From Alphaproteobacteria bacterium (GTDB taxonomy: Bacteria; Pseudomonadota; Alphaproteobacteria; JAJUGE01), in contig JBKBLL010000002.1 of NCBI GenBank assembly GCA_046296375.1, forward strand, positions 1 through 39,789: a stretch of 39,789 nucleotides of DNA, in the 5' to 3' direction. The notes under the pieces were generated by a model, which did not search any database, was not told the origin of the DNA, and saw nothing but the letters and a program-made list of their open reading frames with translations. A program made the position numbers and the translations under genes. This document shows positions 25,900 to 34,349 of the stretch, piece after piece. Every line of letters begins with the position of its first letter. The stretch's first letter is position 1.

Positions 25900-26328
25900 T
25901 CACGGCCAGGCAGCGGCCAGCTTCGTCTTGATCCGGTCGAGCGCGCCGGGGTCCAGGTCCAGCGTGCGCCCCATCTCGGGCAACTTCGGCCAGCCGGGAT
26001 CGTCGATGGGTCTGCCGTCCAGGTCCCGCGGCCCGTCATAACGCGGGATCACGTGGAAGTGGACCTGCGGGTCGACCATCATCAGCGCCAGATAGTTGAT
26101 CTTCTGCGGACCGAACGTGGAGCCCAGCGCCGTCTGGATGTCCCGCGTCGCGGCCGCCATCTCGGCGAAGGCAGCAGGGCCGACCTCGCCCAGGGTGCGC
26201 ACGTCGGCCTTCAGCGCCAGCACCATGCAGCCGAGGGTCACCTGCTGCGGGCGCAGTAGCACGACCCAGTGCTCGTAGTCGCGGATCACGGTATCGGGGT
26301 ACCCGAACTTGTGCAGCGTCTCGTGCAT
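25900..26328 (-). CDS. HIT family protein
   Basis: KFGYP, WVVLLRPQQVTLG, KINYLALMMVDPQVHFHVIPRY; ATG at 26328 with AGAGGG upstream. Confidence 0.85.
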   Translation of the reverse strand: MHETLHKFGYPDTVIRDYEHWVVLLRPQQVTLGCMVLALKADVRTLGEVGPAAFAEMAAATRDIQTALGSTFGPQKINYLALMMVDPQVHFHVIPRYDGPRDLDGRPIDDPGWPKLPEMGRTLDLDPGALDRIKTKLAAAWP

Positions 26329-26509
26329 TGGTAGCCCTCTCTGCCTCGACATTGCCGCAGTGCCTGTGGATGACTCGGCGCTGCCCGGGACGCTGCGGCG
26401 ATTCGAGTCTATCGAAGATCGCGTGAAATGTGCATTATACCATATCCAGTGTAGGAATATTACGTGACCCCAATATCTGCGAGGCCGCTGAACGTGTCGG
26501 AGTGCCGCC

Positions 26510-27280
26510 GTGGCTAGGCCGGAAGCGCAGGGCGTAGCGGCGACATCGGTCGTGCCGTTCCAGATCCGCGGCCGCAGCTTCACCGCCGTGGTCCTCGAAC
26601 TCACGGGGGCGGCGGACCCCGCCTTCTATGCCGCACTCGACGCGAAGCTGGCGCAGGCGCCGCATTTCTTCTCGAACGCGCCCTTCGTCATCGACCTCGA
26701 CCGGGCGCACGGCCTGTCGCGGTCGGGCGACTTCACCGGGCTGGTGCGCGAGCTCCGCGGGCGGCGCCTCTCGATCGTCGGCGTCCAGAACGGCACGATG
26801 GAGCAGAACACCGCGGCGCTGACCGCGGGGCTCATCCCACTCCAGGGCGGCCGCGACATCGCCGTCGCGGGCGGTACCGACACGGGCGGCACCGACGAAG
26901 GCGACCGGCCGGCGGCGGCCATAGCCGAGCAGGCGGAGGCGGAGCATCGGCCCGGGACGCTGGTCCTGACGGAACCGGTGCGGTCGGGGCAGCGCATCTT
27001 CGCCGATTCGGGCGACCTCGTCGTGGTGGCCTCGGTCGGATCGGGCGCCGAACTCATCGCGGTCGGCAACATCCATGTCTATGGCAGCCTGCGCGGGCGG
27101 GCCCTCGCAGGGGTGAACGGCGACGGGTCGGCGCGCATCTTCTGCGCCAGCCTGGAAGCCGAACTGATCGCGATCGCGGGTCTCTACAAGACCAGCGACG
27201 ACATCGGCGGCGCGCACCTGAAGCAGCGGGTGCAGGCCTATCTCAGGGACGACTCGCTGGTCGTGGAGCCCCTGAAGTGA
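26510..27280 (+). CDS. minC: Septum site-determining protein MinC
   Basis: APHFFSNAPFVID, PVRSGQRI, GAELIAVGNIHVYGSLRGRALAG, AELIAIAG. Confidence 0.95.
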   Translation: MARPEAQGVAATSVVPFQIRGRSFTAVVLELTGAADPAFYAALDAKLAQAPHFFSNAPFVIDLDRAHGLSRSGDFTGLVRELRGRRLSIVGVQNGTMEQNTAALTAGLIPLQGGRDIAVAGGTDTGGTDEGDRPAAAIAEQAEAEHRPGTLVLTEPVRSGQRIFADSGDLVVVASVGSGAELIAVGNIHVYGSLRGRALAGVNGDGSARIFCASLEAELIAIAGLYKTSDDIGGAHLKQRVQAYLRDDSLVVEPLK

Positions 27281-27338
27281 CCGGGACCCGAACGACCGGA
27301 GCGGACATCATCGGCACAAGCGAGAGCGGAGAAGGCTA

Positions 27339-28154
27339 GTGGCAAAGACGATCGTGATCACATCCGGCAAGGGCGGCGTCGGCAAGACCACGTCGACCGC
27401 GGCTCTCGGCGCCGGCCTCGCCATGGCCGGCAAGAAGACCGTCGTCATCGATTTCGACGTCGGCCTGCGCAACCTCGACATGATCATGGGCTGCGAGCGC
27501 CGCGTGGTGTTCGACTTCATCAACGTGATCCACGGCGAGGCGAAGCTGAAGCAGGCGCTGATCAAGGACAAGCGCCTTGAGAATCTCGCCGTCCTGCCGA
27601 CCTCGCAGACCCGCGACAAGGACGCGCTGACCCGCGATGGCGTCGAGAAGGTGATGGAGGAACTCCGCGACGAGTTCGACTACATCCTCTGCGACAGCCC
27701 GGCCGGCATCGAGCGCGGCGCCCACATGGCGATGTACTTCGCCGACGAGGCGGTGGTCGTGACCAACCCCGAGGTGTCGTCGGTGCGCGACAGCGACCGG
27801 GTACTGGGGCTGCTGTCCAGCAAGACGCGCCGCGCCGAGCGGGGCGAGGGCCCGGTTCCGGGCAAGCTGCTGCTCACCCGCTACGACCCGGCGCGCGTGG
27901 CCAAGGGCGACATGCTCAACGTCGACGACGTGCTCGAGATCCTGGCGATCCCGCTGCTCGGCATCATCCCCGAGAGCCCGTCGGTGCTGAAGGCGTCCAA
28001 CCTCGGCATGCCGGTGGCGCTCGACGAGGAATCGTCGGCGGGCAAGGCCTATCGCGACGCGGTTCAGCGCCTGATGGGCCAGCAGATCGAGCACCGGCTC
28101 CTGGCGCCGGAGCGTCAGGGCTTCTTCGCGCGCATCTTCGGGAGGACGGCATGA
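27339..28154 (+). CDS. minD: Septum site-determining protein MinD
   Basis: SGKGGVGKTT, DVGLRNLD, CDSPAGIE, NPEVSSVRDSDR, C-terminal membrane helix GFFARIFG. Confidence 0.98.
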   Translation: MAKTIVITSGKGGVGKTTSTAALGAGLAMAGKKTVVIDFDVGLRNLDMIMGCERRVVFDFINVIHGEAKLKQALIKDKRLENLAVLPTSQTRDKDALTRDGVEKVMEELRDEFDYILCDSPAGIERGAHMAMYFADEAVVVTNPEVSSVRDSDRVLGLLSSKTRRAERGEGPVPGKLLLTRYDPARVAKGDMLNVDDVLEILAIPLLGIIPESPSVLKASNLGMPVALDEESSAGKAYRDAVQRLMGQQIEHRLLAPERQGFFARIFGRTA

Positions 28155-28453
28155 ACCTGCTCGCCCTGTTCCGCCGGCAGCGGGAGGATACCCCCGCCGC
28201 CGCCGCCAAGGAGCGGCTTCAGATCCTGCTCTCGCACGAGCGCTCGGACCTGACGCGCCCCGACTATCTGCCGATGCTGCAGCAGGACATCCTCGCCGCG
28301 ATCAAGAAGTACATCGACGTCGACGACAACAAGGTCGACGTGAAGATCGAGCGTGGTGCCGGCATGGCGATGCTGGAGGTCGACATCGAGCTGCCTGGCG
28401 GGGCGTCGCCGATGAAGGTTCGCGGCGGGCGCAGCGTGGGTGCCCCGGCCTGA
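28151..28453 (+). CDS. minE: Cell division topological specificity factor MinE
   Basis: AKERLQILLSHER, DYLPMLQQDILAAIKKY, LEVDIELP; ATGA overlap with minD. Confidence 0.96.
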   Translation: MNLLALFRRQREDTPAAAAKERLQILLSHERSDLTRPDYLPMLQQDILAAIKKYIDVDDNKVDVKIERGAGMAMLEVDIELPGGASPMKVRGGRSVGAPA

Positions 28454-28497
28454 GGGCAGGCCACGGCGCGGTGTGATCCCGGCTGACGGAAGTTGCG

Positions 28498-29116
28498 ATG
28501 ATCGTCTTCTACCATGCGCCGCAGTCGCTCGCTGATCGCGCACTGGATGCTGGAGGAGATCGGCGCGCCCTATCGCTTTCATCTGCTCGACCTCGCGAAG
28601 GGCGAGCACAAGGCGCCCGGCTATCTCGCCGTCAATCCGATGGGCAAGGTCCCGGCCATCGACCATGACGGTACGGTCGTCACCGAGGCGGCGGCGATCT
28701 GCGCCTATCTCGCCGACGCGTTTCCCGCGGCGGGTCTGGCACCGCCGCCGGAGGACGCGCGGCGCGGGTCGTACTATCGCTGGCTGTTCTTCGGGCCCGG
28801 CTGCCTGGAGCCGGCGATCATCGACCGCATGTTCCAGCGTGGCGGCAATGCGCCGGAGGGTGCGCTCGGCTATGGCACCTTCGACGGGGTGCTCGATGTC
28901 GTCGAATCGGCGGTCGCGTCCGGCCCCTACCTCCTCGGCGACATGTTCAGCGCGGCCGACGTGGTGCTCGGTTCCGGCCTCAGCTGGGGCATGATGACCG
29001 GCGCCGTTCCCGAGCGGCCGGAGATCGCGGCCTATGTCACCCGCCTCCGCGCCCGGCCGGCGCTGCAGCGGGTCTATGCCGAGGACGCGAAACTGGTGGC
29101 GGCGCTCACGACGTAG
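28498..29116 (+). CDS. Glutathione S-transferase, with an apparent frameshift near 28528
   Basis: WMLEEIGAPY, NPMGKVPAI, TEAAAICAYLAD, FSAADV. The natural-looking N-terminus MIVFYHAPQS starts at 28498, out of frame with the body (track ORF 28514..29116). Confidence 0.85.
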
Positions 29117-29126
29117 CCGGTGTATG

Positions 29127-30620
29127 TCAGGACGGCGCCCGGCCTCGTGATCGCTCCCGTAATGCGCCGATAAGCGGCCAGAGCAGGATCATCACGGTCA
29201 GCGCCAGCAGCCCGGCCGCGACGGGGCGGCTGAAGAAGGCGAGGAAGCTGCCGTCGGTGATGATCAGGCCCTGCCGCAGGCTCGCCTCTAAGGTGGGGCC
29301 GAGCACCATGCCGATCACCACCGGTGCTGCCGGAAAGCCGCCCCAGCGCAGGAAGAAGCCGGCGATCCCCGCGACCAGCGCCACCAGCAGGTCGAAGCTG
29401 TTGCCGCGCACGCCATAGGCGCCGACGAACGACAGCACCACGATGGTGCCGAGCAGGACGGGCTCGGGTATGCGCAGGATAGCCGTGAACAGCCGCGATC
29501 CCGCCCAGGCCATCGCCAGCATCACCAGGTTGATGATGACCAGTGCCACGAAGCAGGTGTAGATGATCTCGGGGTTGTCGGCGAACATCCGCACCCCCGG
29601 CTGCACGCCCTGGATGATCAGCGCGGACATCATGACCGCGGTGACCGCGTCCCCGGGAATGCCGAGCGCCAGCGTCGGAACCAGGGCGCCCCCGGTGACG
29701 GCGTTGTTGGCACTCTCCGACGCGATCAGCCCCTCGGGCTCGCCGGTCCCGAAATGCTCGCGGAACCGGCCCGTCCGCTTCGCCTCGGAGTAGGAGATGA
29801 AGGAGGCGGTGGCCGCCCCCGTGCCCGGCAGCACGCCGATGAACGAGCCGATGATGCAACTCTTCACCAGGGTGCGCCATCGGGCGAGCCAGTCGCGCAG
29901 CGGCGGGAACCGCATGCCTACGGCGGCGGCGAGCCGCACCGGCACGGGTTTGCTGTCTGCGACCCGCGCGAACACTTCGGCCAGGGCGAAGATGCCGACC
30001 AGGACGGGAATGAGGTCGATGCCGGCGCTCAAGGGGAAGTAGCCGAAGTCGAAGCGGATGTCGCCGGTGACCGGATCGGACCCGACGGTGGCCAGGAACA
30101 GGCCGAGCAGCCCGGCGAGAACGCCCTTCAGCATCGTTCCGCGCGAGACGCCGGCGATGCAGGTCAGCGCCATGCAGATCAGTGCGAAGGTCTCGATCGG
30201 GCCGAAGCGCAGCGCCGCTGCCGCCAGTTCCGGTGCCGCCAGCACCAGCACCAGGGTCGAGAACAGTCCGCCGATGACCGATGCGATCGTCGCCCAGCCG
30301 AGTGCCAGGCCGGCGTCGCCGCGCCGGGCCATCGGAAACCCGTCGAGGACGGTGGCAGCGGACTGCGGCGTGCCCGGCGTGTTGATCAGGATCGCCGAGA
30401 TGGACCCGCCATAGACCGAGGCGCAGTAGACCGCGAGCACGAGGGCGACCGACGGTACGATCGACATGGAGAAGGTGAACGGGAGGATGATCGTGATCGC
30501 AACCACCGAGCCCAGGCCCGGGAGCGCGCCGACGACGATCCCGAGCGCCGTGCCCGCCAGGATCGCGAGGATCGCGTCGGGGGACGACAGCGCCGCGAGT
30601 GCCGGCAGGACATATTCCAC
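29127..30620 (-). CDS. tctA: Tripartite tricarboxylate transporter large permease TctA
   Basis: GALPGLG, YGGSISAILINTPGTP, DGFPMA, ESANNA, LALGIPGD. Confidence 0.95.
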   Translation of the reverse strand: MEYVLPALAALSSPDAILAILAGTALGIVVGALPGLGSVVAITIILPFTFSMSIVPSVALVLAVYCASVYGGSISAILINTPGTPQSAATVLDGFPMARRGDAGLALGWATIASVIGGLFSTLVLVLAAPELAAAALRFGPIETFALICMALTCIAGVSRGTMLKGVLAGLLGLFLATVGSDPVTGDIRFDFGYFPLSAGIDLIPVLVGIFALAEVFARVADSKPVPVRLAAAVGMRFPPLRDWLARWRTLVKSCIIGSFIGVLPGTGAATASFISYSEAKRTGRFREHFGTGEPEGLIASESANNAVTGGALVPTLALGIPGDAVTAVMMSALIIQGVQPGVRMFADNPEIIYTCFVALVIINLVMLAMAWAGSRLFTAILRIPEPVLLGTIVVLSFVGAYGVRGNSFDLLVALVAGIAGFFLRWGGFPAAPVVIGMVLGPTLEASLRQGLIITDGSFLAFFSRPVAAGLLALTVMILLWPLIGALRERSRGRAPS

Positions 30621-30633
30621 GCGGGGTGCGCCC

Positions 30634-31110
30634 TCAGATCCGATGGAACCAGGGGGAGGACGGCAGGGGGATGCCGAGCAGATGGGTGAAGGCGAACCAA
30701 ATGCCGAGCGGGAAGGCGATCCCGACCGCGGCGGTCACCGCATGCCGGCGGTAGCCGGCGAGCGGCGGGGCCGCGAGGCAGAGGCCGATGCTGGCGAACA
30801 GAAAGCCGGCCGCGACGATGGCCCAGGCGTATGCGGCGACCAGCGCCGCGAAGGCGGCGAGCCGGCCCCAGCGCTGCGGTGCGGCGGTATCGCCGCGGCC
30901 CAGCAGGCCGTTCGCCAACAGGACGGCCGACAGGGCGAGCGCGCCGAAGATCAGGATGCGCGGATAGAAGGCAGGATCGCTCGCGACGCCCAGACCCATC
31001 GTGTCCGCATATTGCGGCTGCGCCGTCTCCCACAGAAGGGCGAGGCCGGCCGCCGCGAACGCCACCCCGAAGGCGAGGTCGACGCGACCGCCCGGCACCG
31101 GGGAGGCCAT
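30634..31110 (-). CDS. tctB: Tripartite tricarboxylate transporter small permease TctB
   Basis: Four TM segments, PAFYPR, FTHLLGIPLP; lies between tctC and tctA. Confidence 0.88.
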   Translation of the reverse strand: MASPVPGGRVDLAFGVAFAAAGLALLWETAQPQYADTMGLGVASDPAFYPRILIFGALALSAVLLANGLLGRGDTAAPQRWGRLAAFAALVAAYAWAIVAAGFLFASIGLCLAAPPLAGYRRHAVTAAVGIAFPLGIWFAFTHLLGIPLPSSPWFHRI

Positions 31111-31132
31111 CCTTACTTCCGCCGTCGGTGGG

Positions 31133-32092
31133 TCAGTTCTTCTTCAGGCCCGCAGCTTCCAGCATCCGGCCGTTCTTCTCGAACTCGGCCTTCACGAAGT
31201 CCCTGAAGGCCGGGGCGTCGAGATAGGCGATCGGCGTCTGCTGCTTCCTCATGCCCTCGACGACTGCGGGGGCCGTCATCGCCTTGCCGCAGGCCTCGCT
31301 CAGCTTCGTCACGGCTTCGGCCGGCGTGCCGGCGGGTGCGAACAGGCCCCCCCAGATCGAATACTGCAGGTCGTATCCGATCTCCTTCATCGTCGGGACA
31401 TCGGGGAACTCGGCCATGCGCTCGGACGCGTACACGGCCAACGGCCGCAGATCGTATTGCGGGACGAAGTTGGCCACGTCGGCATAGATATCGACCGTTC
31501 CGCCGAGCAGTGCCGTCACGCCCGCCGCGGTGCCGGGGAAGGGGATGTGCCTGAGCTTCAGCCCGGCCGACTGCTCCAGCGCAACCATAACGACGTGCGG
31601 GATGCTGCCGGGCCCCGGCGTGCCATAGGTGACGCCGTTCGGCGTTTCCTTCGCCAGCTTCACCACTGTGGGCACGGAATCGTAGGGCGTGCCCTGCGCC
31701 GAGGCGAAAACCACAGGCGAATCGTACATCCGGCAGAGCGGCACCATCCCTTCGATCGGATCGTAGGGAAGCTGGCGCAGGTGGGGCTGCGTGGTCATCG
31801 GTCCGATCGGCGACAGACCGATGGTGTAGCCGTCGGCCCTGGCGTTCGCGATCTCGGCGGTGCCGATGGTTCCGGCACCACCACCGACGTTGCGGATCAC
31901 GACATCGGTGCCGAGCGCTTGGGCGAAGACGGGCTGGACCACGCGAGCGACGAGGTCGGTGGTGCCGCCGGCGGGGAAGACCACGATCATCGTCACCGGC
32001 CGTTCGGGCCATGCTGCCGCCGCGGGGATGGATGCGGCCATGAGGCCGGCCATTGCAGCCACCGAAAGGGCGATGCCTCCGAAAGTATTCAT
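31133..32092 (-). CDS. tctC: Tripartite tricarboxylate transporter substrate-binding protein (TctC/Bug)
   Basis: Signal peptide, WPERPVTMIV.FPAGGTTD, NVGGGAGTIG, ADGYTI, PDVPT; ATG at 32092 with GGGGAG. Confidence 0.93.
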   Translation of the reverse strand: MNTFGGIALSVAAMAGLMAASIPAAAAWPERPVTMIVVFPAGGTTDLVARVVQPVFAQALGTDVVIRNVGGGAGTIGTAEIANARADGYTIGLSPIGPMTTQPHLRQLPYDPIEGMVPLCRMYDSPVVFASAQGTPYDSVPTVVKLAKETPNGVTYGTPGPGSIPHVVMVALEQSAGLKLRHIPFPGTAAGVTALLGGTVDIYADVANFVPQYDLRPLAVYASERMAEFPDVPTMKEIGYDLQYSIWGGLFAPAGTPAEAVTKLSEACGKAMTAPAVVEGMRKQQTPIAYLDAPAFRDFVKAEFEKNGRMLEAAGLKKN

Positions 32093-32126
32093 CGTATGTC
32101 TCCCCCGCTCTTGTTGCTTGTTTCCT

Positions 32127-32142
32127 TGCGACGAGCATGCCA
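32127..32142 (-). promoter_or_regulatory. Sigma54 -24/-12 promoter TGGCATG-CTCG-TCGCA
   Basis: GG and GC at exact consensus spacing, 34 nt upstream of the tctC start codon. Confidence 0.6.
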
Positions 32143-32173
32143 CCCCGGCGAGGGTCGGGCAATGCAGAGAGCG

Positions 32174-32734
32174 TTACCAGCGCAGGCGCATCTCGTCCCG
32201 GCTGACCTCATAGCCGTGCAGGCGGCGCAGAAAGGTCATCCCGAGCAGCGACATGCCGCCCGGCGCTTCCATTACGACCGCCTCCACGTCGTAGGCCACG
32301 AACGATCCCAGCCTGACCTCGCGCAGTCGGACCGGCGCGAAGGCGGCGACGCCGTTGGCCGTCTGGGCGCGTCCCGTAAAGGCCTCCCGCCCCGGGCGAA
32401 TGCCCGCCGCGGCCGCGTCTTCCGGCGACAGCGCGATGTGGGTGGCGCCGGTATCCACCAGGAACCGCGTTCGGCTGTTGTTGATTGCGGCTTCGGCGAA
32501 GAAATGGCCGCCATGGGCGGCGCGGATCCGGATCTCGCTGCCGTGGGTCTCGGGTTCGCCGCGGGCGACGGGGAGGGCGCTCGGAGCGGCGGCTCCCGCC
32601 CGGCCGGCCCCTGCACGGTCGGCCCCCGCCGTCGCTTCGCCGCCGCCGCCTTCCTGCAGGACCGAGGCGAGGTAGGCTCCGGCCGCGAAGAACAGTCCGG
32701 CCAGGACTATGGTGGTGCGGAGGAAGGCGCCCAT
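32174..32734 (-). CDS. Clan AA (retropepsin-like) aspartic protease, TIGR02281-like
   Basis: N-terminal TM, GGHFF, FLVDTGAT, TANG, SLLGMTFL. Confidence 0.92.
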   Translation of the reverse strand: MGAFLRTTIVLAGLFFAAGAYLASVLQEGGGGEATAGADRAGAGRAGAAAPSALPVARGEPETHGSEIRIRAAHGGHFFAEAAINNSRTRFLVDTGATHIALSPEDAAAAGIRPGREAFTGRAQTANGVAAFAPVRLREVRLGSFVAYDVEAVVMEAPGGMSLLGMTFLRRLHGYEVSRDEMRLRW

Positions 32735-32790
32735 GGCTCGGCCTGTCGCGTTTTCGTGAGCGACAGGATGGCCCGCTTTCGCAAACGGGC

Positions 32791-32838
32791 GGTTAAGGCC
32801 GGGGGAGGCCGAGGGCGGCCCCTAAAGGTTAAGTTTAC
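32791..32838. promoter_or_regulatory. Candidate CtrA sites
   Basis: Two TTAACC half-sites on the minus strand (32791-32796, 32827-32832) and TAAA-N7-TTTAC at 32823-32838, versus consensus TTAA-N7-TTAAC. Confidence 0.4.
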
Positions 32839-32935
32839 CGCGTCGGCCGACTATTCGTGTCACGGCGAGGGTGGCAATCGGGACGGTTGGTCGGACCGGT
32901 CGGCCCAGGAACGCCAGGAACGATGGACATCGCCC

Positions 32936-34222
32936 ATGGAGTGGCAGACAGCACCCGTTCGCCGACGCGGCGTCGACCAGGAGCAGCAACTGCTGGATGC
33001 CGCGCGGCGGCTGCGCGACGGGTGGTTCGCAGTCCATGTCCTCCTCTCGCGCATCTCGACGGTGAAGCGCAACGAGAACGTCGTCTTCGCCCTGCAGATG
33101 TTCGAGGATGCCGTGCGCGGCGTCGACGGGCGGCTGCTCGTGCTGCGCAGCGGCGACTGGGTTTTCCTGTACCCGGGCGGCCACGGCGGGCGGGTCGCGG
33201 CGGCGGTCGCGCGTCTGCGCCAGCTCTTCGCCGGCGATCCGCTCTACTACAACGAGGAGAAATACGAGGCCGATTTCGCGAGCTGGTACGATCTCGGACG
33301 CGACCATGAGGCGTTCGCCGCGATGGCGGAGGGCATGGGGGGGACGACCGATCTGCCGCCGCCGATGGCCCGGCGCCCCGGCCTGCCGGACGTGGTGCGC
33401 GCGCCGACCATCCAGCTGCTGCCGAGCCGCGTGACGGAACTGACGTCGCTGGCGATGGTGGTCGAATCGCTCGAACGCATGAACCTGGCGGCCTTCCTGC
33501 GTCGCCAGCCGGTCTGTGCGCTGACGTCCTCGGGACTGCTCGATCGGCGTTTCGACGAGTTCTACTTCTCCATCGGGGACATCGAATCCTCGCTGAACCG
33601 CACGCCGATCATGACCGGCGACGCGCTTCTGCTCCAATACGTGACGAAGTCGCTCGACCGGAAGCTCCTCGGTCTGCTGAAGCCGGCCTGCGTGACGGGC
33701 GAGAGTGCCAGTCTCAGCATCAATCTCAACGTGGCGTCCATCCTGAGCAACGACTTCGCCGAGTTCGACGCCGGGATTCCGGCGGCCGTCCGGGCGACGA
33801 TCGCATTCGAGTTTCAATTCATCGACGTCTTCTCCGACATCGGCGTCTATCTCTACGTGCGCGAGCATCTGCGCGAGCGCGGCTACCGGGTCTATCTGGA
33901 CGGCGTGACGGACGTGAACCTGCCCTTTGTCGATCCGGCCGCCCTCGACGTGGACGGCTTCAAGGTGCGCTGGAGCGAGAGCATCGGAGAGGCACGCGGC
34001 GGCACGTTCGCGCGCCTGCTGGCGCGCTTCGACCCCGCGCGGGTGATGTTCTGCCGCTGCGACTCGCAGCGGGCGATGGCGCTCGGCCTGAATCTCGGCG
34101 TGCGACTGTTCCAGGGCCGGTACGTGTCGGAAATGCTCGACGCACAGCGCGCATCGAGCATGCGCGGCGCGGCGGGCACTGGGGCCGCCCCCGCAGGCGG
34201 CGACCGCCCCGGGGCGGCATAA
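32936..34222 (+). CDS. Cytoplasmic protein with a degenerate EAL domain and a possible degenerate GGDEF-like N-domain
   Basis: RRQPV, SINLN, FEF, RGYRVYLDG, FKV, FQG in EAL order, without the EAL, DDFGTG or EGVE motifs; N-terminal LVLRSGDWVFL. It is the 3' end of track ORF 31001..34222. Confidence 0.75.
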   Translation: MEWQTAPVRRRGVDQEQQLLDAARRLRDGWFAVHVLLSRISTVKRNENVVFALQMFEDAVRGVDGRLLVLRSGDWVFLYPGGHGGRVAAAVARLRQLFAGDPLYYNEEKYEADFASWYDLGRDHEAFAAMAEGMGGTTDLPPPMARRPGLPDVVRAPTIQLLPSRVTELTSLAMVVESLERMNLAAFLRRQPVCALTSSGLLDRRFDEFYFSIGDIESSLNRTPIMTGDALLLQYVTKSLDRKLLGLLKPACVTGESASLSINLNVASILSNDFAEFDAGIPAAVRATIAFEFQFIDVFSDIGVYLYVREHLRERGYRVYLDGVTDVNLPFVDPAALDVDGFKVRWSESIGEARGGTFARLLARFDPARVMFCRCDSQRAMALGLNLGVRLFQGRYVSEMLDAQRASSMRGAAGTGAAPAGGDRPGAA

Positions 34223-34235
34223 AGCGCGTGTTAAC
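34220..34235 (+). promoter_or_regulatory. Candidate CtrA box TAAA-N7-TTAAC
   Basis: One mismatch to TTAA-N7-TTAAC, about 115 nt upstream of the kinase start. Confidence 0.5.
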
Positions 34236-34349
34236 CCGACCGGACGGATCCTTTTGAGAAGGGATGGCGGCCGGCCCGCCTGGTCCGTCTTCGGCTTTCG
34301 AACCCTATGAGGCGACGCTCCGGCCGAGAGCGTCCATCGGGTACCAAGA

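Noticed and set aside
32174-32734. Retroelement origin for the retropepsin-like protease
   Set aside because: This is a common chromosomal proteobacterial family; no reverse transcriptase, integrase or terminal repeats nearby.
31001-34222. 1073-aa ORF as a single protein
   Set aside because: The first ~645 codons are antisense to tctB, tctC and the protease; protein-like sequence begins at ATG 32936.
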